A stretch of 64,000 bases of DNA from Planctomycetota bacterium (GTDB taxonomy: Bacteria > Planctomycetota > B15-G4 > SIAN01): NCBI GenBank assembly GCA_031409275.1, contig JANNXA010000040.1, forward strand, positions 1 through 64,000. The letters run 5' to 3'. Position 1 is the first letter of the stretch. Each line of letters begins with the position of its first letter. A program made the position numbers and the translations under genes. The notes under the pieces were generated by a model, which was not told the origin of the DNA, made no database searches, and saw nothing but the letters and a program-made list of their open reading frames with translations. Below, piece by piece: positions 8,984 through 19,075 of the stretch.

Positions 8984-9919
8984 TCAGTTCTGGACGTCAA
9001 GCTGCAGCGCGTTGGTCATCGAGAAGTTGCGCGGAGCTGCCGAATCGAGCAGCGTCGCCTGCACGTAGACGGTCAACGGCGCGAGCGCGCTCAAGTCGTC
9101 GCCGCCAAGCGAGAGGCTGCCGTCACCGGCCACGCCGGCCGTTCCGCCGAGAGTGATGGGGAGCAGGGCGAACGGCTGCGCGAGATCGATGTAGAAATTA
9201 CCGCCGAACAGAAGCGTCGTTGCCGTTCCGTAGCCCACCCACACGTAGCCGAGTCCCGCTCCGAGCCCGTTTTCGATCTCGACCGACCAGGGTCCGATCG
9301 ACGGACCATCGACTCCGAAGAGGTGCGGGATGATCCCGCCGGTGCCGGCGAGTCCCTGTCCGAACTCGGCGAACGACGTCAGATTGTCGACGACGGTGAT
9401 CGTGCGAGTCGTCGTCGACGCCTTGTCGCCGCGGTTCTTGCCGTTCAGGTTGACCGAGTTCCCGGCGGCCCACATGGTGACCGTGGCGGGTGCCGCCGGC
9501 GCGGTGAAGTCGAACGACCAGGTCGCCTCGCCGGCGCTGTCGACTGCCAGCGGCGTGTTGTGCGTCAGCTCCGACATGCTGACGAAGGTCCCGGCGTCGG
9601 TGGCGACGAGCGTTCCGCTATCGACCGCGATGTCGAGTCCGGCAGCAACGCGCTGCCCACCCGCCACCGTGAATGAGAAGCTGCGCGTGCTGTCGTGCAG
9701 CACGTAGATCGGGCCATCCAACGTCACGGTCGGCGCCGTGCCGCCCGAATGGCACTGATTGCACGTCACCGTCTGTCGCCCTGAGAAGCCGGTCATCCCC
9801 GTCGAGTGGAGTCCGGCGACCGCAGCCGAACTGGCCACGACCGGCACGACGATGGCCACGGCGGCGAACGCCGCGCGACGAACATGGCGGCGAGCGACGA
9901 GACGGTGATTGGAACTCAT
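8984..9919 (-). CDS. Secreted CxxCH/Reeler-like protein (choice-of-anchor V / MXAN_6652-like), paralog 2
   Basis: Signal peptide, then STGMTGFSG...TCNQCHSGG, ELTH, WSFDFTAP, WAAGNSVN...GD, and a Gly-rich beta C-terminal domain. Confidence 0.8.
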   Translation of the reverse strand: MSSNHRLVARRHVRRAAFAAVAIVVPVVASSAAVAGLHSTGMTGFSGRQTVTCNQCHSGGTAPTVTLDGPIYVLHDSTRSFSFTVAGGQRVAAGLDIAVDSGTLVATDAGTFVSMSELTHNTPLAVDSAGEATWSFDFTAPAAPATVTMWAAGNSVNLNGKNRGDKASTTTRTITVVDNLTSFAEFGQGLAGTGGIIPHLFGVDGPSIGPWSVEIENGLGAGLGYVWVGYGTATTLLFGGNFYIDLAQPFALLPITLGGTAGVAGDGSLSLGGDDLSALAPLTVYVQATLLDSAAPRNFSMTNALQLDVQN

Positions 9920-9998
9920 GCATGGATCCTCGAGCGAGATTCGATGTGGGAGCGATCGCAGCGGCTGCGCGCGACTCGCGCGGACGGTCGGCGCGGAC

Positions 9999-10958
9999 TC
10001 AGTTCTGGATGTCCATCTGGATGGCGTTGCTGAGCGAGATGCGGCGCGGCGCGGCCACGTCGATCATCGTCAACTGCGCGAAGACGGTGAGCGGAGCCAG
10101 CGAGCTGTAGTCGTCGCCGTCGATCGAGAGCGAACCGTCGCCGGCAACACCCGCCGTCCCCTCGAGCCCGATCGGGATCAGCAGGTAGGGCACCGACAGG
10201 TCGACGTAGAAGTCGCCGCCGAAGAGCCGAAAGCTCGTCGTCGAAGCGCTCGCCCACAGGTAACCGGTGCCGCCGCCGAGTCCATCCTCGATCTCCAGCG
10301 ACCACGGACCGACCGAGGGGCCGTCGATGCCGAAGAGGTGCGGCACGAAGCCGCCGCTGCCCGCGAGTCCGTGGCCGAACTCGGTGAACGAGGTGAGATT
10401 GTCGACCACGGTGATGTTGAGAGTCGTCGTGGCCGGCAGGTCGCCGCTGTTGTCGCCCGAGAAGTTCACCGAGTTGCCCGCGGCCCACATGGTGAGCGCG
10501 CCTGGCGTCGTCGGCGCGGTGAAGTCGAACGACCAGCTCGCCTCGCCATTGCCGTCGACGAAGCGGGGCTGATCGTGCGTCAGCTCCTCGCTCTCGACGT
10601 AGGTCTGCAGGTCGGTGGCGAGCAGCGTGCCGGAGTCGACCGCGACGTTCAGGCCGGCCGCGACCTGCTGACCGCCCGCGAGCCGAAAGGTGAAGGTGCG
10701 CGTGCTGTCGTGGAGCACGAAGCTCGGACCGGCCAGCGTCACCGTCGGCGCAATCCCGCCCGAATGGCAGCTCGAGCAGTCCTGCCCCTGCTTTCCGGAG
10801 AAGCCGGTGATTCCGCCGGAGTAGGGCATCGGCTTGACCGCCGCACCCTTCGCGATGGGAACAACGGCCGCGAGTCCGAGGAAGAGAGCGCCACGGCCGA
10901 TCCGGCCAAACGAACGGCGAACGGGCGATGCAGTCAGTCGAACCGGAGTCCAGATCAT
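9999..10958 (-). CDS. Secreted CxxCH/Reeler-like protein, paralog 1
   Basis: Aligns end to end with 8984-9919 (DCSSCHSGG, WSFDFTAP, C-terminal DIQN). ATG at 10958 follows GAGAGGA. Confidence 0.8.
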   Translation of the reverse strand: MIWTPVRLTASPVRRSFGRIGRGALFLGLAAVVPIAKGAAVKPMPYSGGITGFSGKQGQDCSSCHSGGIAPTVTLAGPSFVLHDSTRTFTFRLAGGQQVAAGLNVAVDSGTLLATDLQTYVESEELTHDQPRFVDGNGEASWSFDFTAPTTPGALTMWAAGNSVNFSGDNSGDLPATTTLNITVVDNLTSFTEFGHGLAGSGGFVPHLFGIDGPSVGPWSLEIEDGLGGGTGYLWASASTTSFRLFGGDFYVDLSVPYLLIPIGLEGTAGVAGDGSLSIDGDDYSSLAPLTVFAQLTMIDVAAPRRISLSNAIQMDIQN

Positions 10959-11129
10959 GGACAGTCCTCTCAAGCTTTCGCGGGAAGAGCCCCAAGCCCC
11001 GACGGGCTCGACTCGGTACGCACGCAACGTGCCGCCGCGGCAACGACGAGGATGAGAGGACTGCTTGGCCGCACCGTCACGCCTTCGAGCGCGTCGGTGA
11101 ACGTGAATGCGTGAGCAGCGCGCTCCCGC

Positions 11130-11402
11130 TCAGCGCGCGGTGCGCAATGCGCTAAGCAGAACGCCGAGCGGCCCGACCCGCAGCCTCTGAAGGAACGCGA
11201 CGCTCGCGACCTTCAGCTTCTTGTAGGGATCGAGCAGGCCAAGCGTCTGCGTCGCGAACTCGCAGAGCTTCGCGTCGCTCCATGCCAGACGCTTCTGCTG
11301 CTCCTGAATCTGCGCGAACAGCTCCTTCATGGCCGGCGAGATCAACTGCTTCTGCGCCGCAGCTGCCGGCGCCGCCGGCGCGCTCTTGCTCTCTTCCGCC
11401 AT
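11130..11402 (-). CDS. Small hypothetical protein (90 aa)
   Basis: GGGAG RBS, Lys/Glu-rich helical sequence with host-like codons, fills an intergenic gap. Confidence 0.6.
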   Translation of the reverse strand: MAEESKSAPAAPAAAAQKQLISPAMKELFAQIQEQQKRLAWSDAKLCEFATQTLGLLDPYKKLKVASVAFLQRLRVGPLGVLLSALRTAR

Positions 11403-11453
11403 CGCATTCGCTCCCTACGTGAAGGCGAGGAAGCATAGCGGCGCGTCGTTCGA

Positions 11454-13163
11454 TCAGCGCCGTGGCGGCTCGACCACGAGGTGGTAACGCCGAGGCTCCG
11501 GTGCCTCGATCCGCGTGACGCCACCGCGCGGCCAACGGACCTCCACCCAATCGACCGTCGCCGCGCCGCCCAGCCCGAACAAGGCGCGCAGATCGACGAA
11601 GCTGTCGTAGCTGCAGCTGCCGCGCACCTCCCGAAACTGGCGACGGCCGCCGGCAGCGATCGTCACGCGGGCGCCGATCGCGGCGCGGTTCTGATCGCTG
11701 CCGCGCAGCTCGAACCCGATGAAACCGCCGCGCGTCGGCGCCTGGTTCTGCAGCAGCGACGCGGAGCCCTGGTTGCACCCGACCGCAAGGTCGAGGTCGC
11801 CATCATCGTCGAAGTCGAGCGACGCGAGCGCGCGCCCCACCCGCCGCTGTTGCAACCACGCCCCCGCTTCACTCCCGGCCAGCCGGAAGCGGCCCCCGCC
11901 GCGGTTCATGTAGAGGTGCGCGGGCTGCGCGAACGTCTGCCCTGGATGGATGCGCTCGATGGTGTCGACGACGTGGCCGTTCACCACGAACAGGTCCTCG
12001 GCACCGTCGCGATCGACATCGAGGTAGCGCGCCCCGAAACCGACCCAGAGCAGGGACGGCTCGCCAAGACCCGACTCGAACCCGCGCTCGGTGAACATGC
12101 CGTCGCCGTCGTTGCGATAGAGGGCGTTCGGCTCGAGCGCGAGGTTGGTGCAGACGATGTCGCTGTCGCCGTCGCCGTCGACATCGGCGGCGTCCACTCC
12201 CATCGAGGCCTGCGCCAGTCCGCGCGCGCTGACAGCGCAACCGGCATCGAGCCCGACCTCGGTGAACTTCAGTCCGCCATCGTTGCGCCAGAGGAAGTTC
12301 GGCGTCGAGTCGTTGGCGACGTAGAGATCGACATCTCCGTCGTCGTCGGCGTCGAGAACGAGCAGCCCGAGGCACTTGCCGAGCGCGTTGGCCATGCCCG
12401 CCGGAACGGTCGCGTCGCGGAAGGTGCCGTCGCCGATGTTCTCCCAGAGCCGATCGGGCTCGGCCGGATACTCGTCGGGATGGCAGTAGCTGCGGAACTC
12501 CGGCCCTTTGTCGCGATCGCCACACCACAGCGCGTTCTTCAGGTCGTAGACGACGTAGTGGCCGACGTAGAGATCGAGGTCTCCGTCCTGGTCGAAGTCG
12601 GCGACCGCCGCGCACTGCGGCCAGCCCGATTCGTGGATGCCGCTGGTCGCGGTGACGTCGACGAAGCGGCCGCCATCGTTGCGCAGGAGCACGACGCCAC
12701 CGAGTTCGCACAGGATCAAGTCGCAATCGCCGTCGCCGTCCCAGTCCGGCGCGATCGCCGACAGCGTGTAGCCCCTGGTCGAGCAACCGGCCGCATCCGT
12801 GACGTCGACGAAGTTCCCCTCGACGTTGCGCAGCAGTCGATCGCGAAAGTCGACGCCATCGCTCTTGCAGCCGGGCAGCGGAGCTCCTTGCGGAAAGAAG
12901 AGGTCGCGCGCGCCATCCCCGTCGTAGTCGAGGACGACGACGCCGCCGCTCATGATCTCGGGGAAGTGCTTCTCGCCGCCGCCTCCGTTGTGGTGACGGA
13001 AGTCCACTCCGCGCGCTGCCGCGACGTCGACGAACCAGTCGACCGAAGCGGACGGGGCGGCCGGCGCCACCCCCTGAGCTCTCGCCTCCTCTGCGCCGAG
13101 GGCGACCGCTGCGACGAGTGCGGCGGACGGCAGCGTGCTCCGACGAGCGGCGCACGCGCTCAT
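11454..13163 (-). CDS. CRTAC1-family protein (FG-GAP/VCBS repeats plus ASPIC/UnbV domain)
   Basis: Repeated DxDGDGxxD motifs; C-terminal NRAAIGARV...FGLG...VEVRWP. Confidence 0.93.
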   Translation of the reverse strand: MSACAARRSTLPSAALVAAVALGAEEARAQGVAPAAPSASVDWFVDVAAARGVDFRHHNGGGGEKHFPEIMSGGVVVLDYDGDGARDLFFPQGAPLPGCKSDGVDFRDRLLRNVEGNFVDVTDAAGCSTRGYTLSAIAPDWDGDGDCDLILCELGGVVLLRNDGGRFVDVTATSGIHESGWPQCAAVADFDQDGDLDLYVGHYVVYDLKNALWCGDRDKGPEFRSYCHPDEYPAEPDRLWENIGDGTFRDATVPAGMANALGKCLGLLVLDADDDGDVDLYVANDSTPNFLWRNDGGLKFTEVGLDAGCAVSARGLAQASMGVDAADVDGDGDSDIVCTNLALEPNALYRNDGDGMFTERGFESGLGEPSLLWVGFGARYLDVDRDGAEDLFVVNGHVVDTIERIHPGQTFAQPAHLYMNRGGGRFRLAGSEAGAWLQQRRVGRALASLDFDDDGDLDLAVGCNQGSASLLQNQAPTRGGFIGFELRGSDQNRAAIGARVTIAAGGRRQFREVRGSCSYDSFVDLRALFGLGGAATVDWVEVRWPRGGVTRIEAPEPRRYHLVVEPPRR

Positions 13164-14386
13164 GGCGACCTCCGCGTCGGGGCGCCACGCAACAGCATCT
13201 CGATCTCGCGTGCGACGGCCGCCTGCAACTCGCGCGGCGGAGCTGGCTGGCAATCGGCGAGGCGCGCGACGGTCGCGCGGGAGGCCGCCGCATCGCCTTG
13301 CCGCGCGTGCGCGCGCGCCGTGTCGATCAAGACCTCGGCCTGCGGCGGGTGGCTGGCGAGCCAGGCCACTCCCTCACTGGCGACGGTCGCGTGCTCCTTC
13401 AATTCCGACAGCTCGCGCCAGCGCTTGATCCAGCTCCGCGGATCATCTTGCAGCTGCGCGACTTCGAGCCAGCGGCGCGCTTTTCCGGCGTGGTCCATCG
13501 CGAAGCGAGCCGAGGTGTCGTCCTGCAGCTCGCGCAGGAGGTCGGCCATGCGACGCGAATGCACGGCCTCCTCGTCGCGCTTCTGCCGCCGCAGCAACTG
13601 CGCACGCTCGTGCCACGCCACCAGCAGATGCGGGTCGAGGCGCACGGCCGCGTCGAGTTCCGCGAGCTTCGTGGAAGGGTCGCCACGCTCGCCGGCGACC
13701 TGCGCCAGTCCGTAGCGCGTGTAGCCGCGCTGCGGCCGCAATCGCGCGGCAGCCTCCATGTGCACCGCCGCCGCGTCGACCTCGCCGTCGCGCAGTTCGA
13801 GGAAGGCGAGCGCTTCGAGCGTCGCCGCGCGCAGTCCCGCCGGAAGCTGCTCGACGGGCAGCGCGACGCAACGCACGAGCAGCGGTCGGCCGCGCCCCGA
13901 ATCGCCAAGCAGGAAGCGCGCGAGCCCTTCGGTGGCGAGGACATCCGGCGCATCGGGCGTGACCAGCGCCGCGAGTCGGGCCGCCCGCAGCCCGGCAAGG
14001 GGATCGTGGAGCGGCCCCTCCTCGAGCAGGATCCTGGCGTGCAGCAGCAGCGCTTCGACGCAGGCCGGATCGGCCGCCAGCGCCTGCTTCAGCGGTTCGA
14101 ACGCCTGTTCCGTGGCGCCGTAGGTGGCGAGCCGCTGCGCCACCGCCAACCGCTCGAGCGCGAGCACGCGATCGCCGTGAACGGGCCGTTCGAGCGGCTC
14201 GTCGGCGAAACCGGGCGCCGACGCCGCCGGCGGTGACGCCTCCTGCGCATTCAGCGGAAGCGAGCTCACGATCCACGGCACGATCCACGGCGCGAGCCAC
14301 GCGCGGAGGCGCGCTCGACGCAGCGCACCCTTCGCAGCAGTCGATCGCCCGTTCCGCGGGCGCCGGGTGGACGGCATGGCCACCAT
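13160..14386 (-). CDS. Exported TPR-repeat protein
   Basis: Signal-like N-terminus (LPLNAQ) and helical repeats (ALAADP, AVRLDP). Overlaps the CRTAC1 start by 4 nt. Start is uncertain. Confidence 0.75.
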   Translation of the reverse strand: MVAMPSTRRPRNGRSTAAKGALRRARLRAWLAPWIVPWIVSSLPLNAQEASPPAASAPGFADEPLERPVHGDRVLALERLAVAQRLATYGATEQAFEPLKQALAADPACVEALLLHARILLEEGPLHDPLAGLRAARLAALVTPDAPDVLATEGLARFLLGDSGRGRPLLVRCVALPVEQLPAGLRAATLEALAFLELRDGEVDAAAVHMEAAARLRPQRGYTRYGLAQVAGERGDPSTKLAELDAAVRLDPHLLVAWHERAQLLRRQKRDEEAVHSRRMADLLRELQDDTSARFAMDHAGKARRWLEVAQLQDDPRSWIKRWRELSELKEHATVASEGVAWLASHPPQAEVLIDTARAHARQGDAAASRATVARLADCQPAPPRELQAAVAREIEMLLRGAPTRRSP

Positions 14387-14508
14387 CGTTCGCAATCCCT
14401 TGGCGCCTGAATGCGAGCCGGAACTCAGGGCGAATCGTGGCGGTGAGGAAATAACACCCGCGCGGCCGTTTCGACAGAGGCGGCTGCGCGCGCCCCCTCC
14501 CGCTCCGC

Positions 14509-16758
14509 TCACACTCGATGGAGGGTGACGTCGGCGTTGTAGTCGGGCACGCGCGAAAGCGGCTCGCGCAGGTCGCCGGGCAGCAGCACGTTGACCTCCG
14601 GCCAGTGGCCTTGCAGCGTTCCCGGCGCGACCTCGGCGATGAACGCGCGTCCGCGGAAGCGTCCGATGGCGTTCATCAACTCGATGGCCTGATCGTGACG
14701 CAGCCCGAGTCGCTGCGCATCGACCGCGGCGATCAGGATGTGATCTCGCGCGGCGCCGTTCAGCGGGTCGACCTCCTGCTGGATCATGGAGTTGAACTGC
14801 TTGCCGCGGCGCGTCGCGAGGCGGAAGGTCGGCGCATCGGCCGCGACCCCCGCGGCTCGCGCCGTCGGAGCCGGCTCGGGGTGCGGCAGCGCGACGACGA
14901 AGTGAGCTTTGCCATCGGCGGTCGGAAAGGCGCGACCGCTTGGGTAGTGGGCGCCGCCGTACTGGAAGGAATCGCCTTGCTGCGCCAGCGCGGCGATGCC
15001 GCGATAGAGCGGCACCGCGCGCTCGATCTCGGCGCGGATCGCGGCGCCATCGGCGAAGTCGACCTGTGCGAAGCGGTCGGGATGGACGGCGCGCGCCAGA
15101 TCGAGCAGCAACTCCCACTCGCTGCGCGCCTCGCCGATTCCCGCGCGCGGCAGCTCCGGGCTGAAGATGACGCGCCGTTCCGTGCTCGTCTCGGTGCCGC
15201 CGCCTCGCTGCTCGTAGCGCGTGCGCGCGGGCAACACGTAGGCGACGTCGGCCGGCGGAACGAGCATCTGCGAGGTGACGACGAGGTCGGTGTGGATGCG
15301 CAGCGGCACCTTGGCCAGCGCCGCCGCGACCGCCGCCGGGTCGGGCATCGTCTCCAGCAGGTTGCCGCCAATGCAATAGAAGGCATCGAGCTCGCCGCGC
15401 GCGGCCGCATCGAGGTAGTCGGGCGTCGCGAGGCCCGGCGTCGTCGGCACGTCGAAGCCCCACAGCTCGCCGAAACGGCGCGCCGAGCCGGCATCGATCG
15501 GCACCCCGCCTGGCAGCGCGCTCGAGTAGGCACCCATCTCGGCGCCGCCCTGCACGCCCGAATGGCCGCGGATCGGCATCAGGCCGCAACCGGGCCGCCC
15601 GACCCATTCGCGCAGCAACGCGAGATTCGCGATCGCCTTCACGGCGTCGGCCCCGTCGGTGTGATGGGTGATGCCCATCGACCAGACGAGGATGGCGCGT
15701 TCGGCGGTGAGCAGTTCGGCCGCGAACGCCTCGACCTCGGCGACCGTGAGGCCGGCGCGCGCCGCGAGCTCGGGCACCGACTGCGCCGCGAGCGAAGCGC
15801 GCCACTCCTCGAAACCCGTGGTGGCCTGCTCGATGAAGTCGCGCTTCGCGCCGCCCTTCGCCACCATCACCTTGGCGACGGCGGTGAGCAACGCGAGGTC
15901 GCCGCCCACCTTCACCAGCAAGTGGCGGTCGCTCATCTTGGTGCCGAACAGTGCCGAGCCTGGCGTGCTCGGCACCCAGTAACGCTCCATGCCCGGCTCG
16001 CGGCAGGCGTTGACGTTGACCACGCGCGCGCCGCGGCGGCGGGCCTCGTCGAGGTACTTCATCGCCACGGGCTGGTCGTTGGCCGGATTGCTGCCGAGGA
16101 AGACGATCAGGTCGGTCTCGTACCAGTCGCGGTAGCTGCAGGTCGTCGCCGCGCTGCCGATCGTGCTCTTCAACGCGACGGTGCTGGGCGAATGGCAGAG
16201 GCGCGCGGAGTTGTCGACGTTGTTGCTGCCGAGCCAGCGCATCACCTTCTGCGCGACGTAGTAGACCTCGTTGGTGACGCCACGGCTGGTGACGAACATC
16301 GCCGTGCGCTGCGGATCGAGCGGCCGCCAGCGCGCCCCGATGTCGGCGAACGCCTCCTCGAACGAGACGCGCGTGAAGCCGCGCTCGCCCTTGCGCCGGC
16401 GCAGCGGCCAGCCCAGGCGCCCAAGCTCACGCAGTTCCTTCGAACTCTTGCGCTGCAGCGCCGCGGCGTCGCCCATCTGCTCGGCCGGGAACGCGCTCAT
16501 CGTGTTGAGACGCAGCAGGTTGAGGCGCACGAGGCACAGGTGCGTGCCGTCGAGCGTCCAATCCTTCAGCCCCGTCGTGCCGAGCGCGCAGCCGTCGCAC
16601 ACCCCCTTCGAGAGCACCTTCCACGCATAGGGGAGGTTGTCACGGTTGGCCCAAGCGATCTTCGCCATCTCGAGGAAGTGGTGCGGCTTGCGTTCGTTGA
16701 GGCCGAACGGCACGAAGCTGTGGATCAGCGAGCGGAAGGAGCGGCGAGTTCTTGCCAT
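14509..16758 (-). CDS. FdhF/YdeP-family molybdopterin oxidoreductase
   Basis: CDGCALG, NNVDNSARLCHSPS, GSNPANDQP, PIRGHSGVQG, TRRGKQFNS, PDYNA. Confidence 0.93.
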   Translation of the reverse strand: MARTRRSFRSLIHSFVPFGLNERKPHHFLEMAKIAWANRDNLPYAWKVLSKGVCDGCALGTTGLKDWTLDGTHLCLVRLNLLRLNTMSAFPAEQMGDAAALQRKSSKELRELGRLGWPLRRRKGERGFTRVSFEEAFADIGARWRPLDPQRTAMFVTSRGVTNEVYYVAQKVMRWLGSNNVDNSARLCHSPSTVALKSTIGSAATTCSYRDWYETDLIVFLGSNPANDQPVAMKYLDEARRRGARVVNVNACREPGMERYWVPSTPGSALFGTKMSDRHLLVKVGGDLALLTAVAKVMVAKGGAKRDFIEQATTGFEEWRASLAAQSVPELAARAGLTVAEVEAFAAELLTAERAILVWSMGITHHTDGADAVKAIANLALLREWVGRPGCGLMPIRGHSGVQGGAEMGAYSSALPGGVPIDAGSARRFGELWGFDVPTTPGLATPDYLDAAARGELDAFYCIGGNLLETMPDPAAVAAALAKVPLRIHTDLVVTSQMLVPPADVAYVLPARTRYEQRGGGTETSTERRVIFSPELPRAGIGEARSEWELLLDLARAVHPDRFAQVDFADGAAIRAEIERAVPLYRGIAALAQQGDSFQYGGAHYPSGRAFPTADGKAHFVVALPHPEPAPTARAAGVAADAPTFRLATRRGKQFNSMIQQEVDPLNGAARDHILIAAVDAQRLGLRHDQAIELMNAIGRFRGRAFIAEVAPGTLQGHWPEVNVLLPGDLREPLSRVPDYNADVTLHRV

Positions 16759-16760
16759 GC

Positions 16761-18374
16761 TCACCGAACTCTTTCGATGCGCAGCGAGGCGAGCTCGAAC
16801 CACGCCTTGCCGCGCGCGGCGCGCAACTCGACGAGGACTTCGATCAGGCGCGTCGCCTCCAGCACTTCGAATTCGCACGCGAGCGGCGACCAGGTGGCGG
16901 TGCCCATCGCCCCGACGACGCGACCGGCGCCCGCAAGACGCAGTTGCGCGCCGCTCGCGGGGTCGTCAGGGAATCCCACGACGTCGTCGACGCGGACGTT
17001 GCCGACGAAACGGTAGCGCCCCTGCGGCAGCATCACCTTCTTGCGCCACACGGCGCTGGACGGTTCCTTGCCCGCCACCACGGTGAGCGCCCGCTTGCCA
17101 CCGGTGGTCACCTGTTCGCCGTCGGCATCGCCCTCTTCGACCGCGAACGCGAACCCCGACAGGCGCGCGCGGCCGCTGCCGTCGAACTCGATCGTCTTCG
17201 GCTCGGGGCGCTTCACCTGATCGCGCAGGCTCTTCTCGCGCGCCTCGAGCCGCGCCAGCAGGTCCTTCACCTTCCCTTCGAGCTCGCCCGCCTGCTCGGC
17301 TTGCCAGCTGCGCACGATCGGATCGAGCCGCTTCTGCGTCGCCTTCACCCGCGCCTGCAGCTTCTCCTTCACCTGGAACAGCGGCAGCAACGCGCTCAGC
17401 CGCGCGCGGAAGCGCTTGCGCCATTCCGGATTGCGCAGCACCGCCTCCGCCACGAGGGCGTTGGGGTAATCGAGGACCGAGGCCTCGGAGTCGCCGAAGA
17501 TCTGGTCCATCCCCGACGGCAGGAAGTAGGCGCGACCGCGGGTCGGTTCGAAGTAGACGCGGTAGTTGTTGACGTTCTGCGAGTAGCCGTCCCAGTGGCC
17601 GACCATCAGCTCCATCGCGACGAACGTCAGGAACGCGTCGACGTCGAGCCGCTCCTCGATGCGCTGCCAGCGCAGCTGCGGATCGGGCTCGCGGCAGGCT
17701 TCGGCGAGCGCACGCAGGTCGCTGCTGTCGTCCGGCCCCTTCCCGGCGTCCTTCTCGATGCCGCCATCGATCTCCGTGCAGAAGCCGCCGTCGTAGAGGT
17801 TGCCGCCCGGCTTCTTGAAGTGGCGCGAGAGGAAGCGTTTGTCGAAGCCCTCCTTCAGCGTGTAGACGCCGAGGTCGCGTTCGTTCAGCCAGACGCGCGC
17901 CTGCGAGTAGCGCGGCGCCGGGACGCCGGCCGCCGCCATCAGCTCGGAGGCGATCCACTCGTGCATCCACGTCCCGTCCTGCACCGAGTTGTTCAGGTGG
18001 AACTTGACGAGTCCGTGGAACTCCTGCGCCTCCGCGTGCTTGTTCACGTCGATGGTGAAGGCGGGCTGGTCATCCAGTTCGCGGAAGCTGCCGGCGGCCC
18101 CCTTCAACTTCACCGCGACGTCGTCGTAGACCGTCTTGCCGTTCTCCTTCAGCTTCGCCTTCACGTAGCGGCGGGCATCGGCGCGAAGCGCTGCGAGTCC
18201 CGCTTCGTCGACGATCAGCTCGAGGCGCGGGATCTCGCCTTTGCCGAAGAAGGTGTCGGAAGCGTCGGGTTTGCGCGACTCGACGAAGAGTCCCGGATCG
18301 CGCGGCACGATCGGCGCCGACTGCGGGAGCAGCGCGCTGGCGACGACGAGCAGGAAGGTCGCGACCCATCTCAC
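16761..18374 (-). CDS. CotH-family secreted kinase with C-terminal beta domain
   Basis: VKLKGAAGSF, LNNSVQD, LGVYTLKE, GHWDGY..NxNNY, PSGMDQIFG. GTG start coupled to the upstream gene. Confidence 0.88.
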   Translation of the reverse strand: MRWVATFLLVVASALLPQSAPIVPRDPGLFVESRKPDASDTFFGKGEIPRLELIVDEAGLAALRADARRYVKAKLKENGKTVYDDVAVKLKGAAGSFRELDDQPAFTIDVNKHAEAQEFHGLVKFHLNNSVQDGTWMHEWIASELMAAAGVPAPRYSQARVWLNERDLGVYTLKEGFDKRFLSRHFKKPGGNLYDGGFCTEIDGGIEKDAGKGPDDSSDLRALAEACREPDPQLRWQRIEERLDVDAFLTFVAMELMVGHWDGYSQNVNNYRVYFEPTRGRAYFLPSGMDQIFGDSEASVLDYPNALVAEAVLRNPEWRKRFRARLSALLPLFQVKEKLQARVKATQKRLDPIVRSWQAEQAGELEGKVKDLLARLEAREKSLRDQVKRPEPKTIEFDGSGRARLSGFAFAVEEGDADGEQVTTGGKRALTVVAGKEPSSAVWRKKVMLPQGRYRFVGNVRVDDVVGFPDDPASGAQLRLAGAGRVVGAMGTATWSPLACEFEVLEATRLIEVLVELRAARGKAWFELASLRIERVR

Positions 18375-19075
18375 GCGTCGCCCTCCGCGAACTCCGCATG
18401 CTGCACGCCCTCGATCGCCAGCAGCCGCTGGACCAGGCTGAGCAGCGCGTCGGGGTCGCGCAGTTCGACGTCCCAGCGCACTTCGAGCGCGGCGCCCTGC
18501 TTGGCGCTCCCGGCCGTGGCGAGTGTGCGCGTGCGCAGAAACTCCGCGAACAGCGGCGCGACGAGCGTCTCCGGATCGCGGCCCGGCGCGACGCGCACGA
18601 CGAGTCGCCGCTGCGGCACGGAGCGCGCGCCATCGAAGCGACGGGCCAGCCACAGCGCGACCAGCCCCACGAGCGGGACGCCGACCGCGCCGACGACCCA
18701 CTCGCCGGAACCGAGCGCCATCCCGGCGACCACCGCGTAGATCACGAACGCCGTGTCGCGCGTGTCGTCGACCACGGTGCGGAAGCGGACGATCGACAGC
18801 GCGCCGACCAGCCCGAACGCCCGCGCCACGCTGCTGCCGATGATCACCGCCGTCAACGCGACCAGCACCGTCAACAAGACCAGCGTCGTGGTGAACGCAC
18901 CGCCGGCGCGGCCACGTCGCGCCAGGCGATGGACCGCCGCGACGCAGCCGCCGGCGACGGTCGCGCCGATGAGTCGCATCGTCGTCGAGAGCGCGGTGGC
19001 GCTGGCCGTCGAGCGGTCGACGCCGAAGAGTTCCTGGAAGACGTCAGCGATCGCCACGAGGGGCTCCTTCGTCAC
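18371..19075 (-). CDS. DUF4956 membrane protein
   Basis: IGSSVARAFGLVGALSIVRFRTVVDDTRD signature. Confidence 0.9.
   Translation of the reverse strand: MTKEPLVAIADVFQELFGVDRSTASATALSTTMRLIGATVAGGCVAAVHRLARRGRAGGAFTTTLVLLTVLVALTAVIIGSSVARAFGLVGALSIVRFRTVVDDTRDTAFVIYAVVAGMALGSGEWVVGAVGVPLVGLVALWLARRFDGARSVPQRRLVVRVAPGRDPETLVAPLFAEFLRTRTLATAGSAKQGAALEVRWDVELRDPDALLSLVQRLLAIEGVQHAEFAEGDA

Noticed and set aside
11021..11040. sigma54-like motif upstream of the heme/Reeler paralogs
   Set aside because: GG-to-GC spacing is 9 nt rather than the required 10.
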